64,000 bases of DNA from Eledone cirrhosa (taxonomy: Eukaryota), in contig OZ024740.1 in NCBI GenBank assembly GCA_964016885.1, positions 57,350,001 through 57,414,000 of the forward strand, in the 5' to 3' direction. Position numbers and translations under genes: made by a program. This document shows positions 1-18,855 of the stretch, in pieces. Numbering within the stretch: the first letter of the stretch is position 1; each line of letters opens with the position of its first letter. Below the pieces are notes generated by a model that saw nothing but the letters and a program-made list of their open reading frames with translations, did no database searches and was not told the origin of the DNA.

Positions 1-3067
<3,067 letters not shown>

Positions 3068-3674
3068 GGTGGCTGCCAACTCGTTTTCGAGTACGGCCAC
3101 TACTTTATAGCCATGTAGGAGAACCCCTACAGATGCGCTGAACGAGTGTGACTTTTTAGTCCAGCCAGCGACTTGAAAACTCTGGTACAAACACTACACT
3201 TGTGACAATTATTGACACATAGTACTGGGCCCATGGTACCATGTGATGACAAGTGCAGAGAGATCTCCAGATATAAAGCAATGCCTGTGCCGTGAAGCTT
3301 TTATAGTGAGCAAAGGCACTGCACAAAGCCAGTCCCACTCTCTTAACCAAGATGATATTTACCAAAAAGAAGAACAAGTCAACATCATTAGATACCATCA
3401 GGGTTGCGGGTGTTATATCAGAGTTTTCCTTCTCCTAGAATTCTGCCTTGACAAAGGCTAAGGGGTCATCTCTCCCGGTGATTTTGGATGGCCATTGACT
3501 CTTAAGAGCTCCTTTGCCCTTTGACAGGTTTTGTTTTTAGTCCTACAGGATGTCCAAAGTCACCCTCCTCACCAAGAAACCTTGGTGGGGTTGCCAGTTT
3601 AGTCGCCAACGACCCGACCATGAGACAGATTGTACTGGGATACATGTTACCAGTAGCACCAACTGGTGACCTGA
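3068..3674 (-). mobile_element. Short internally deleted (bipartite) RTE-like non-LTR element in a TA tract
   Basis: Minus strand carries an RTE-5'UTR-like motif (ctaggagaaggaaaactctga) joined to a C-terminal C2H2 finger [23 protein letters not shown] (3198-3127), then a short 3'UTR running into (TA)n; no APE/RT between them. Confidence 0.6.
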
Positions 3675-5721
<2,047 letters not shown>

Positions 5722-6109
5722 TAAATTAGCGAGAATCGTATTTCGGCTATTGGAAATTAGCGAAAAACAACTTCCGAGATGTGTGGCAAGCGCTCCATAT
5801 AAGCTAGATATATATTTATATATAACATATATAAATATATATATATATTGGAAAATGTGTGAAATCATTGGTAAAGTTAGTTATATTTAAAAAAGGAAAA
5901 GATTGACTTCACTTACAATTTAATTGAATTTTACAATATTATGATTTTATAATTTGGTTTTGTAGATCTAGTAAGTTCTTTGTTAATTTCGGTGGGGAGA
6001 TTTTTAAACTGATCTCAGTTTGACAATCGCCACCGGCAAATGCGAGAAAGTTCTCCAGCAAAGTTAACAAGAAATCTTTAAAAATGTATATGTATACATG
6101 TATATATAA

Positions 6110-6223
<114 letters not shown>

Positions 6224-6304
6224 GGTAAACAGAAGTAATAACACAATCGGTACAGTGTATGGAAGGAATATATTAGGTTAATGCTTGAAATAGCAGGAAG
6301 AGGG

Positions 6305-6340
6305 TCTTAACGTTTCGGGCACTATTCCTTCATCAGAAGA
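6305..6340 (-). ncRNA. Minimal type I hammerhead ribozyme motif (weak stem II)
   Basis: Minus strand: tctt-CTGATGA-aggaatagtgccc-GAAA-cg-TT-aaga. Confidence 0.5.
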
Positions 6341-6492
6341 AAGAATGAGAAATAAGATAGATTGAAGGAACGGGCGGGGTGGAATTGGAAAAAAATGTAT
6401 TTTATATATATATATCAGCATAGAAGCGGTAAAAACCAATTAGACCATTACTCACAATAGTACTCGATACTTTGGGTAGTAGAGTGGTTAAA

Positions 6493-6615
6493 ATGAAAAA
6501 TTCGGGACCCCGATGACGGAGCTCCTGCCGTTTAAACAGCTAGATCCGAACTCGAAGTTCGGATCTAACTGTTGAAACGGCAGGAGCTCAACCATCGTGG
6601 TCCCGGATTTTTCAT
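6493..6615. repeat. ~120 bp imperfect palindrome, probable inverted PLE terminal-repeat remnant
   Basis: atgaaaaat...gatccgaac / gttcggatc...atttttcat; contains gaaacggcaggagctc, similar to the HHR 3' half at 55663. Confidence 0.6.
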
Positions 6616-6622
6616 ATATACT

Positions 6623-6918
6623 TCTCTCTATATATAAAATTCTTTGTCGGTCTGTTCCTAAACATTCTCAAATGGCTGGACCAAATCAAATCAAATTTTA
6701 CAAGGTAATAGTATGAGACCCCGGGAGTGTCAACATGTAATTTTTATTTTCATTTGGATTAAAACAATGACATTTTATCTAAAATAATATTCCTATAGTG
6801 AACTATAGTAAACGACCACCACGGCTACGACGACGAAGACCGTCACATTTTGTATATGAGTGTGTATGTGCCTGTGTGTGTTTGCGAGTTCGTTGCGTGC
6901 GTTAGGCCTCAGAGAATT

Positions 6919-6990
<72 letters not shown>

Positions 6991-7208
6991 CTACACACAC
7001 ATATAGCCTTAGTAAGTTGCATACAACATTATCTTCACACACAGAGAATTAAACACACACATCTACACATACAGATACATATGTGATGACAGACAGGTGT
7101 GCGTGGATGTATGTCTGTGTGTGTCTGTCTCAGTATATGTATGTGAGTGTATGTGAGAGCAGCGACTGTCAAAAAAATGAGGTGAAAGCTATGCGTGTGT
7201 CTGCATGA

Positions 7209-7294
<86 letters not shown>

Positions 7295-7672
7295 ATTTTT
7301 ATTTTCATTTGGTGTAGCGACTGTCAAAAAATGAGGTGAAATGCTATGCGCGTGTGTCTGCGTGAATGTATGTCTGTGTGTGTCTGTCTTAATATATGTA
7401 TGTGAGAGTGTATGTGTGTGAGTGTGTAGCAATAATTTATTCATTTCGACACCAACAAAATATTACACAATGAATATTGTTTACCCTAAGGTGTTTCAAG
7501 ATTGACAGATTTTCATTTCTAAATTCTATTATCATTACAATTTTGACATTTTTTTATAAAATATAGATATTTTGAAATAATTATGAGAAAAAAAAACATA
7601 TCTTCATATTTATTGTTTACTAATCTGAATAAGAACAGCAGTAACCCAGGCAACACTGGGTAATTCAGCTAG
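6623..7672 (+). mobile_element. Non-autonomous Helitron-like element with internal CA/GT tracts
   Basis: 5' tctctatatataaa; 3' hairpin acccaggcaacactgggt followed by ctag. Confidence 0.55.
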
Positions 7673-7843
7673 TATATATATAATGAGAGTTTAGATCGAA
7701 ATACAATGATTTTGATCTCGTTGCATATAATTTGCTCATTGCATATACATACATACTCGTACTTACATACATACAAACATGCATGCATGCATTCATTCAT
7801 GCATACACACACACACATACATACGTACGTACATACATACATA

Positions 7844-7919
<76 letters not shown>

Positions 7920-8233
7920 TGTGTTATGTTTCTGTAGTTCAATGTAAACATATCTTTCTTTGATCAATGTCGCCCTAATGGAATGACACTTTAATTCATA
8001 CAAGCTTTCCGGGACACACGATATGTTCTAATCTTGTGTCTTTTCTCTTGACCGAATATTACATGTTCACTTTTGTATCGAGCGGAAATGACTGCTGCTA
8101 CCATAGAGCAACTGTATCAATATCTATGGTAGAACCCACAAGCACTTTGATCTTTCTATGGAAACACGTTTGATAACCACGAATGCAGAAAACGACATTT
8201 TTACGGTTATTTTTATTATTGCATTCGCCTAGA

Positions 8234-8451
8234 GCGGTGGATTGGCAGTATTGGTAGAGCGTCGGACAACAACATTCTTAGCAACATAGAGTTACAGCCC
8301 TTTACATTCTGAGTTCAAATCCCGCCGAGATAAGCTTTGCAATTCATCCTTACGGGGTCGATAAAATAAAGTATCAGTTACGCACTGGGGTAGATTTAAT
8401 CGACTTACTCCTCACCAAAAGTTGTTGGCCGTGTGCCTAAATCAGAAACCA
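8234..8451 (+). mobile_element. tRNA-derived SINE (Deu/Nin-like central domain)
   Basis: A-box-like tggcagtattggta, B-box gagttcaaatccc, central tcatccttacggggtcgataaaataaagt; more degenerate copies follow at about 8465-8660 and 8810-8950. Confidence 0.85.
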
Positions 8452-9117
8452 TTCTTACATTTGCATGAATTGGTGGATTGGTGCGGCAGACAAAAGGCTT
8501 TGCGGTGTTTAGTTACGACCTCCTACGTTGTCAGTTCAAATCCCGAGGACAACTTTACCTTCTATCCTTTCGGTGTGGATAAGTACCAGTTAAGTACAGA
8601 TCGATTTAATTGTCTTTCTCTTTACCTCAAATAGCTTTCTTTGTGCTTAAATTAGAAACGGAGACGAGTGGTACAGAGATCCCAGGTGAAAAATCACATT
8701 AAACGACAGTTTGGGGGGCATTATTCGTTCAAAACACGTAAAAAATAGGAAAACTAATTTCAACCTTCAAAATTCTAACCAAATCTATCAAATCTATCAA
8801 CTAACTACCCTTAAATTTTGTTGGATTAAATGCCTCGGTATTTGTTCCAGCCCACTGTGTTCTGTGTTCTGAAGCCAATTTTGTCTTTCATCTTTTCAAG
8901 GTCGTTAAATAAAGCGCTAATCCAGTATTGGAGGTTATTTTTCATCTACCTCTCTTATACTCTCTCTCTCTCTCTCTCTCTCATACACAGCCGTGTTCTT
9001 GTCTGAAGAAAGAGGAGCACCGCCAGGTTTAAAATGATCAAGACGCGCTGTCTTCATTTACAACTTCATTCGGAGTTAAGGGGCCAGGATCCCTTCCTTT
9101 CTTAGACTAACAAAATA

Positions 9118-9333
9118 ATGATTTCTACTATAGGCACAAGGCCAGCAATTTTGGGAAAGGAGAAAGTCAATTAAATCGACCCCAGTGCATTACTGGTACT
9201 TTATTTTAGCGACCCCCTAAGGATGAAAAGCAAAGCAAACCTCGGCGAAGATTTGAACTCAGAATGTAAATGGCCGTAACTCTATGTTACCAAGCATAGT
9301 GTCCGACGCTTTACCGATACTACCAATCCACCT
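9118..9333 (-). mobile_element. tRNA-derived SINE, same family
   Basis: Reverse complement of the family consensus. Confidence 0.85.
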
Positions 9334-9447
9334 AACAAAATAATACTGCCGAGTTGGACTAATATTAGATTATACGTTACTTAAACCAAAACTGTGCTGG
9401 ATAGAATGAATGCATCTACAGGTAGTGATGATATGAATGATCTAGAT

Positions 9448-9741
9448 CAGTCATGGGCAACCTGCGGCCAGCAAAGCTTTCTCAATGTCTCGCCTAAGTC
9501 ACCGAAGTGAAATCTTTCTGATTTTTTTACCCCAACTTTTCAGTCGTAATTTATCTTTCTATCATTTTTACGATCGAGGAAAACAACGTGTACGAATTCG
9601 GAACAAACAAATCAAAACAACCTGAGTTACCACCCTTTGTTTTTTTAATGTGGGCACGAATGTAAATTAGCGCTTGCGGCCCGCCTGATGATGAGCAATA
9701 TCTCATGCGGCCCGCTTCTCGAAAAAGGTTGCCCATGCCTG
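9448..9741. mobile_element. hAT (Charlie-like) MITE
   Basis: TIRs cagtcatgggcaacct / aggttgcccatgcctg; 8-bp near-TSD atctagat / gtttagat. Confidence 0.75.
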
Positions 9742-10377
9742 GTTTAGATGAAAAGAGTTCATAAATGAGGAGTTTAGAATGAAATCATCTCATTCTGGCA
9801 ATAAGTAAAGAACTGCAATAGAGGAACGACCAAAATCAAAAGTGAGTAAAACGTATAAATTTGGGTGGGAAATTGTAAAAATTAAAGAATATTAGCGGAG
9901 GAACACCATTGACCTTGGATGGTTCTTCAGCTGAATTCAATGATTCTTTTATAGTGACGAAAAATATATAGTGACGAAAAATATATAATAGGTGCAGGGT
10001 GGGTTAGTACTGAACGTCTTGCTCTTGGTTTAAGCAAGCGCCTTCTTCTAATGAGCTATTTAGTATTCGTTTAGCAATGTGTGCTAGTAAGGAAGGCCTT
10101 AGTATTGTGCTGTTTCACTTTCTGCAAATTTGATTGTTATTTCAATTTATTAATGACGAAAATGTAATTACAAATGAAAGCGAGGTCTGTTCGTTTACAA
10201 TTATGTACTTTTATTTTCGTAAACGTCTTTATCTTCGTGAACTACAATAGAAATCAGCTGCAAATATTCTGGCAATAGTAGGATCCTGATTGTCTTTATT
10301 TTATTATTTTTTTTTTTTTTTCGCCTTCAGATTTTGAATCTCTGTTATTCAAAAGATCGACTTTTTTAAGGCATGAT

Positions 10378-10895
10378 AATTCTAACATTGGCATAAGGCC
10401 AGCAATTTGGTGGAAGGAGAAAGTCCATTATATCAATCCAGTGCTTAACTGGTACTTTATTTTATCGACTCCAGAAGGATGAAAAGCAAGTAAACCTCGG
10501 CGATATTTAAACTCAGAATGTAGAAAGTGGTAACTAAATACCGCAAAGCAATTTACCCAAGGCTCTACCACTACTGCCATTCCACCGTCCTTTTTCAGGC
10601 ATAGTGATTGTTTCTACTTTTGGCACAAGGCCAGCAATTATGGTACTTTATTTTATCGAAAGTTAACCTCGGCGGGATTTGAACTCAGACCGTAAATGGG
10701 GCATAACTCTATGCTGAAGGCGTCCGACCTTCTACCGATACTGCCAATCCCCCATAATAATAATGGTTTTTATTATAGGCACAAGGCCAGCAATTTTGGA
10801 GTAGAGGAAAGTCGATTAAATCGACCCCAGTGCGTGAACGGTACCGTAAGAATAAAAGGCAAAGCTAACCTCGGCGGAATTTGTACTCAGAACGT
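10378..10895 (-). mobile_element. Cluster of three SINE copies
   Basis: Repeated ggcacaaggccagcaat ... aacctcggcgg(g)atttgaactcag blocks. Confidence 0.8.
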
Positions 10896-10899
10896 ACAC

Positions 10900-11165
10900 T
10901 GGACTTGGGGAGCTTCAGTGGCACAGTTTGGAAATATGGAGCTAGTGTGTCCCACCTATGGCAATGGGGAGATAGTGTGGGAAACTATGGTACTTTGAAG
11001 CTAGGGTGCCGCACAATGGCACTGCGGAGCTATGGTGGCACACAATGGAACTGGGGAGCTTCAGTGACATAGTATGGAAATATGGAGCTAGGGTTACCCA
11101 CCTATGGCAATGGGGAGATAGTGTGGAAAACTATAGCACTTTAAAGCTAGGGTGCCGCACTGCGG
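10900..11165. repeat. ~147 bp direct repeat, about 1.8 copies
   Basis: ggggagcttcagtg...cacctatggcaatggggagatagtgtgg...aagctagggtgccgcac occurs twice. Confidence 0.8.
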
Positions 11166-11802
11166 TGCCAAGCGGTTTCGGTTTGTATTATATAAAATTG
11201 ATATGCAAATTCCTGACTTGTATTATTTCGTTTTAAGACCACAGACAACTTCCGGTGAAAACAGTTGAGCGGTATCTGAAATAATTGTACGGTAAAATAC
11301 GGTAATAATAATACGGTAATAATAATACGGTAAAATTTTTCTGTAAAATGAAAAAGTTGAAATGATATATGAAGCTACAAAATTGTTTGTTTGGGGGTAT
11401 GGTTAGCATGTTAAGGTGTTAAAATATTAACGTATTTTAAAGTATATTTAGCTCTTCAGGAAGCTGACTGTCCAAGTAGCTCACAATTTCTATTGATAAT
11501 GAACACAACTACAAGGATATGGTCAGAACGTGAAAGAGCCGAACTCCCACTGTCATCGCCTCCATCTCTCTCGCCCCCCCCCCCCATTTCTCTGTATGGT
11601 GAGCAAATGGGGTCCATCGTGCTGGCCTCCCCTCAGCCCCGTCGGACAGAATAGAGAAGGCGTTTCCCCGGAGGATGTATATTATGCAAAGAATTATTAT
11701 TAAGGAAAATAAAATATGAAACCAAAAATGATTATAATAAAGTGATTTAATTTCAAGGAAAATTCAAGAGGAGTAGAGTCTGTCGCATTATTTAACTTGC
11801 AG

Positions 11803-11992
11803 GGACGGTGGATTGGCAGTATCGGTAGAGGGTCGGACGCCATGTTTTGACGCATAGAGTTACGGCCCTTGCCATTCTGAGTTCAAATCCAGCTGAGGTT
11901 AACTTTGCCTTTCATCCTTACAGGGTCGATAAAATAAAGTACCAGTAATGCACTGGGTAATTGCTGGTCTTGTGCCAAATGTAGAAATAATT
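11803..11992 (+). mobile_element. tRNA-derived SINE (short subfamily)
   Basis: Family consensus with the ctgggtaattgctgg deletion junction. Confidence 0.85.
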
Positions 11993-12986
11993 ATATAACT
12001 TGCATGAATATATAGTGTTGTTGGGTGGTGCGCCATCTAAATTTCTGAAGGTATGTTGAATGTGTCATGTATCGTCGAGCGATACTTTTGTTTTCCTTAG
12101 TTTTACATACCTTCTACTCTACGTGTGTTGATTCATCATTTGGTTCAACAAAATACAAGCTATGTTTAACGCCGAGGATTTACGAAGATGACCAGAAGTG
12201 TCATTCTCACTAGTAAACATTTACCAAAATTATCGGATTGTGCGTGATCTTAAAACGAAAGATTACCTATTTTATATAATATAATAGAACTTACCTTACT
12301 AAAGGTTATTTATTTAAAGTTCTTATCCGATGTTGATTGCTTGTTGCTTGTATTAAGAAGAATTTTAAAAAAGCAAAATATTTCACAGTACCACCCATCC
12401 CCGCAAAAAAATACCAGTGTCGAAAAATACCCACAACGAAATCAACACAAATAGTCAAAAGGTGTGGACACCCTAACTACGAACCTGCATCAACCTTATT
12501 GACACATCATATAGATTTAAATAACATTTTTTTTTCAAGCATTTCACCTGTCCTAAAAAGACTTAATATATGCTATTAAATGTAAAGGATGTAATGAAGA
12601 TTACATAAAACAAACAAAGCTGAATGACTATCCATCGTAAACTAGATACGGTATCTCAGTACTAAACAGATTCCACTTACTGAGTATTTTGATTTATGTG
12701 CAATAAACAAATCCCCTATATTTCATTTCTACCCAGCTTATCTTTATTTAGACAAAACCATCCATCTTAGATACATAGAGAATATATATTGATGAAAAAT
12801 ACAAACAACGACTAAATAAACTATAAGATACACTCACTAACAGTTATTCACACATAAGCACATAGACAACTATCTACATAGGTCCAGATTTAGACTTTGG
12901 GAGGTCCGGGGCTGTACAGGTTGGATGGGCCCCTCATATACCAACACACACATATATAGGTATATATCTATATATGTATGTATATA

Positions 12987-13216
12987 CAGGGTGTTTCAAA
13001 AAATTTTATATCAATGGCCTGTTCCCAAGGTTGTCACATTGAAATATATATTGTGAATTAATGTTATAACGTGGACATGTTTTGAGGAATAAATCTTGTG
13101 TTACTCAACATGGAGCCTGCTTAGTCTCGTTGTCCTAGACCTTGTAGTTTCTGGGATATTTACATATCAAATGATATTAAAATTTCAAATGATATAAACA
13201 TTTTTGAAACCCCTTG
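12987..13216. mobile_element. Tc1/mariner-type MITE
   Basis: TIRs cagggtgtttcaaaaaa..tttatatca / tgatataaacatttttgaaaccccttg, flanked by TA. Confidence 0.7.
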
Positions 13217-13297
13217 TATTTGTTCAAAATACGTATAATGAAATAAACTGGGATGGTCTAAAGTAACTCTCTTTCTTTTATGATTAGTATGTATGTA

Positions 13298-13475
13298 GGG
13301 CGGTGAATTAGTAGAGCGTCAGACACCATGCTTTACAGTTGTGACCCTTTACGTTCTGGGTTCAAATCACGCCGAGGTTAACTTTGCCTTTCATCCTTAC
13401 GGGGTCGATAAAATAAAGTACCAGTAATACACTGGGTAATTGCTGGCCTTGTGCCGAAAGTAGAAATAATTATTA
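13298..13475 (+). mobile_element. tRNA-derived SINE (short subfamily)
   Basis: Family consensus. Confidence 0.85.
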
Positions 13476-13476
13476 C

Positions 13477-13545
<69 letters not shown>

Positions 13546-13644
13546 ACAGAAGCAAAAAGAGAGAGGGGGGACAGAACAAAGAGGACAGATTTGAATGCAT
13601 TCAAATACATCAGCTCACTAACAGAACCAGGTAATGAGATCAAA

Positions 13645-14052
13645 TAATTGTTTCTACTTTTGGCACAAGGCCAGCAATTATCCCAGTGCATTACTAGTAC
13701 TTTATTTTATCGACCTCGTAAGGATGAAAGACAAAGTTAACCTCCGCGGGATTTGAACTCAGACCATAAAGGGACGTAACTCTTTGCTGCAAAGCATGGC
13801 GTCCGACCCTCTACTGATACTGCCAATCCACCGATAATAATGGTTTCTTATATAGGCACAAGGCCAGCAATTTTAGGGAGGGGAAAGTCGATTAAATCGA
13901 CCCCAGTGCGTTACTGGTACTTTATTTTATCGACCCCGTAAGGATGAAAGACAAAGTTAACCTCGGCGGGATTTGAACTCAGATCGTAAAGGGACGTAAC
14001 TCTATGCTTCAAAGCATGGCGTCCGACCCTCTACCGATACTGCCAATCCAAC
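13645..14052 (-). mobile_element. Two tandem SINE copies (short and long subfamily)
   Basis: Two reverse-complement consensus copies, about 13645-13834 and 13840-14052. Confidence 0.85.
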
Positions 14053-15006
14053 CCCATGAGATCAAATAATGGAGGTAGCAAAGGAATGATCATTGCGTAC
14101 ATACACACATTCACACACTCACACAAACATAAACACACATACACACACATAAATATATATACACATCAAGCACCATCATTGATAAACTATACATACACAT
14201 GTACATACACTTATATCATACTCATGCGTACATACAAGTACACCATCTACCGCAGCTCTCCCTTTGGCCAATTGGAGTCGCTAACGGAAATAAATTTTGA
14301 TAAATTGACACAAAAGCGACATCGATTGCATTTTAAAAAACATACTCTCTAAAAGATTCTATGTTTAGAATCATGGCCCCGTTTTTAAAAGGTAGCAGGA
14401 GCTCTGTTTGAAGAGGGGGGCTGCACGAAAAAGGGATCCTATTCGGAGAAAAGACCCTGTTTAATGGGGGGGGAGCTGTGACATTTACCCTCACTCTTCC
14501 CGATAAATATAGCCCTGTATCTACACTACACACGCATTACAAACGCTTGCTGTTCGTTTGGTCACGTGACATATTCGCTAAATTTACACAGCTATGATGT
14601 TTGGACTGTCGCATGACATATTCATTGGACCAAAGCAGCCTTAACTTTTAGTACAATTATTTCTTGTATTGTAATGTGACCCTAATGCAGAACGACTTGG
14701 AAAACTAACAAAATTCTATACCTGACCACGTGACCATTCTCAACCAATCAACCTGTGTCTTCAATTTGAGGTATGTTTTATCTATAAAATCGTGCGAATT
14801 TTCCAACTCCCACTAGATACTACGCAGTTACGGCATATCTCCATTCCATACTTCTTTTGAAAGTTATAAAATTGTGGAAGCAGTTAAGGTAAATAAATAA
14901 ATCTCTTTAAAGACTTTCAGTACATTTTCAACTTTCTTTCTTTATGCTTCTACTGATGTGCGAAAAATCCTATTCCTTATATGCACACGTACGCCTCATA
15001 TATATA

Positions 15007-15708
15007 CTAGCAGAGGTATCCGGCGTTGCTCGAGTATTAAATAGCAGTTGTGTATACCATTGATGTCAATACTTCAGTGCTACTTCGAAAACTATACTTT
15101 TACAAAATCATCGGCTTTTTCCAAAAGAGGGTTCCTACCCCCAAGGGTCCCCTACTCAATATGTGCCAATTCTAAATCTTCACTATTTACTTTTACTATT
15201 TTAATAACCTCTGTCATTTTCGTTTTCAATTTTATTTACATCATTCTTAAACTCCGGGGCTGGAAATCATTCTGTTATTTTAAATCGAATATTAGTCTAA
15301 CGACTCCATTTATACCATAAACTTGGTCTTGTCTTTGCATGAAATTGTTCTTCTCGGTCCACATAACGACGTATTATCCTCGCTTTTTTTCGTTCATTGC
15401 CAGGGAACGTCTTCACGAACCAAAATATCGTCTTCCTGTTTTCCTTCGGTTGCAACGTTTCTCGAAATATTTATTTCTGCTTTCACAGATTACTCTCAGT
15501 TCAATTTGAATGGGAAATTCCTGTTTCATCGATTTTCTCCGTAACCATAGAAGCTTGTAGCTTGAAAGTCGACCCAACGTCTCCTCGGGTCATTCTGCAT
15601 AACTGTGTAAATTTTCGCTGCATTCCATCAAACCGTTTCGGCGTTTATCCCACTAGACCTACTTACTTAAATATACAACGTCCGACCACTTCCAATTTAT
15701 ATAGTAGA
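15007..15708 (-). mobile_element. Non-autonomous Helitron-like element
   Basis: Minus strand begins tctactatataaa and ends with hairpin ctcgagcaacgccgga...ctag. Confidence 0.55.
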
Positions 15709-15717
15709 TATATATAT

Positions 15718-15774
<57 letters not shown>

Positions 15775-16379
15775 TATACACACACATATATATATACACA
15801 CACACATATACACACACATATATATATATATACACACACACATATACACACACATATATATATACACACACACATATATATATACACACACACATATATA
15901 TATACACACACACACATATATATATATACACACATACATATATACACAAACATGTGTGTGTGTGTGTGTGTGCATACAAGACAAGTGTCTTATCTGATCA
16001 TTATAACTAGAGATGATGAACAATCAATTCGTCACAAAATTCTGGCAATATTACACTATTATTCAAACATTAAACATATTAAAGTTGTCCAGGAAAATGT
16101 TAAACATAGATGACGAAGAGTTAGGGGTGATGTGTTCATTCTTTGTCATTTCGGAAACATATTTTCAAATGTGGAAACAAATTCAAGAGACTCACAGTCA
16201 TGATACTAGCCACGGACGGAACATAGAGACCCTGCAGATCAAAGAAGCGCTTTTTATAAAGTAAATGCAACCGCCTATCAACAACAAACTGGAGAAGCGC
16301 GAGGCACAATTGGTAATCCGATCTGGTCACCATAACATATATATGAATTGACAGAACATTTGGTCATCAGAAAAAGAGA

Positions 16380-16850
16380 GGTAGGTGTAAAAGCCAAAGT
16401 CGCTGTCTTCAAATCGGTATTCGTACCAACTCTTACCTATAGTCATGAATCTTGAGTAATGACTGAAATATTGCGAATACAAGATGCCGAAATTGGGTTC
16501 CTCTGGAGGTGCTTATGAGTAACGTTACTCGATAGAGTACGTAGCTCGAAAATCAGAGAGTCGCTCCAGGTAGAGCCGCTACTTCTACGAATTGAGATAT
16601 CACAGCTCCAATACGACTGACATTTGGGTAGAATGTCGAAAGAAAGAATCGTTAGATTTTACGGAAAAAACCAACTGGCAGGAGACCCAGGTGTGGACCC
16701 AAAGTAAGAAGGTTGGATAACATCCATGAGCTCAAATGGTCTCACTTGGAAATCCAATCGGATCAATTGGAAACAGTTGCTTCTGGCATTACCCGGTGGA
16801 AGGCGCGTTTGAGGACGCTGTCCACACAACCCTTCCAGAAATAATAAGAA
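16380..16850 (+). pseudogene. Decayed RTE-clade LINE 3' fragment
   Basis: Translates as KAKVAVFKSVFVPTLTYSHES*VMTE..VTLLDRVRSSKIRESLQVEPLLLRIE..GRPR, with stops. Confidence 0.75.
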
Positions 16851-17317
16851 CAACTAGTACTACTACTACTACAAGAAGAACAAAAACAACAATATCTTTC
16901 ATTGTCTCTTTTTCCGCTTCTCTTCCCCTCCTCTACTGAACCTCAGAGTTCCGTTTCTTTACTCGAATTTGTTGCCAGAATATTTACTGCGCCATCTGCA
17001 TTGTAGACGCTTCTTAAAACATTCAAATTGCTTTCTCAGTTTCCGTCCATCAAATTCTATTCATAAAGTATTTGCCAACTCTGTTACAGTGGAGAGAAGT
17101 AGGATCAAATCTGGAAGCATATGGTTACTAAAAGAATGCCTTAACCACATCACCATGTGTGTATAGCATTAATGGCATCATATAACCCGCCCGTGTACAT
17201 GTGTATGTATGTGTATCATTTACAAATGAATTTTGTACGTGACTGAGTGTGGATGATGTACTAAAGTATTTGGTATATCTAAGACTTCATTGTACAATTA
17301 CACTTTCTCTCTCTCTG

Positions 17318-17353
<36 letters not shown>

Positions 17354-17459
17354 GTAATAATAATAAATTTGAAGACTAAAATCCAAAGAGGGCTCGATAA
17401 GGATAAATATATATCAAATATATAAGAACCGTAGAGCAAATATTTAATCTGTTATTTTA

Positions 17460-17498
<39 letters not shown>

Positions 17499-17618
17499 GT
17501 CGTGTGATTTGGATGATATTTGGATGCTATCTTTCACAGAAGAAATCAACACAAGCATGTTCCATTTTATTTGCTCATTACATTTAATGCTGTAGCTATT
17601 GTTATTTTATATATATGT

Positions 17619-17649
<31 letters not shown>

Positions 17650-18438
17650 GACAAGATCCAAGACCTCATTCGCTTAACGAGTGGGGTGGAGCTTGTCAAA
17701 TCAAACCGAAAAAAAAACAATGTTTCCATTGGTCTTTCCAATTACTACCAGTCGCAAATACAGTACAGGCGGCAGAAGCATCGTTAAATTCAGCTCACAA
17801 CCTCACGATCACGAATCAAATTCTTTAACCACTCATCCACGCGCTTTCAGTACCACATATTCACATATTCACATATATTATTTAGGTTGTCAATATTTTC
17901 CATTAATGTTCTTCTTTCATAGCCCCCACCACCACCACCACCACCGAATCTAAATAACCAAACGATCATAAATACCCATTAGAATTAATTTCAAAATATT
18001 TGTTAAAAAACACCAAAGCCTAACATATGCAATGTTTTTACTACTTCCAAGAATCCTTAATAAATTCTCTGTACTGCTGGTCTTTCTATTAGTAACAATG
18101 CAAATCTTCAATGCCATATCGTTGTTGAAATGAATTCCAAACGTTAAATTAAATATATTTTACTTTTATTTCCTGTTCAATTTTCTCAGTGTTGAAAACA
18201 TTCGTCATAAATTACATCGTGGAGACTGGAATAACTTTAAACTCGTTTCCTTGGGAACACGTTTACGAAATTCATTCGTATTGCATTTCAACTGGGAAAT
18301 ATTTTATAAATAATTGACACATCTCCAGAGCAATAACAAAATATCTCCTTAAATATACTTCAGTATACATACACTGATACAAACAGACATGCACATATAC
18401 TTTCATACATATATACAAATATATACATAAACTCACAT

Positions 18439-18502
<64 letters not shown>

Positions 18503-18548
18503 GATATTAACAAATGGAAACTATATTTATAAAACCATATTTATTTCA

Positions 18549-18604
18549 TTATACATATTTCAAGGACACCAAGTTAAATTATGGTGTGCTTTCTTCAGAT
18601 AAAA
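18549..18604 (-). ncRNA. Hammerhead motif in the inverted terminal repeat
   Basis: CTGAAGA-aagcacacca..tggtgtcctt-GAAA-tatg-TA; stem I imperfect. Confidence 0.55.
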
Positions 18605-18855
18605 CATAATATAGAGCAGTTTTATAAATATTGACTTACCCTTAAAGAATGCGACCATTACTGTTGGAAGCTCCCGGATAGTGGGGTTATAAATTTATAC
18701 TATTATGTAAATTAGTATTGGATATTTTAAATCAGAATAGATTTGAATAAGCCGTTGGGTTACGGAGAAAGAAAGAGAGAGAGAGAAGAACAAGAGAGAG
18801 AAAAAAATATAAATATAATAATATAAATATAAATATAATAATATAAATATAATAA

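Noticed and set aside
3560-3674. HDV-like ribozyme at the RTE 5' end
   Set aside because: P4 and J4/2-like pieces are visible but a consistent P1/P3 could not be built by eye
8234-8330. tRNA genes
   Set aside because: A and B boxes belong to SINE heads; no cloverleaf
16150-16300. Additional PLE endonuclease remnant (LQIKEALFIK*MQPPINNK)
   Set aside because: Suggestive but too short and decayed to delimit
17975-18116. Possible minus-strand coding exon (MALKICIVTNRK...)
   Set aside because: No recognisable homology or supporting neighbouring exons
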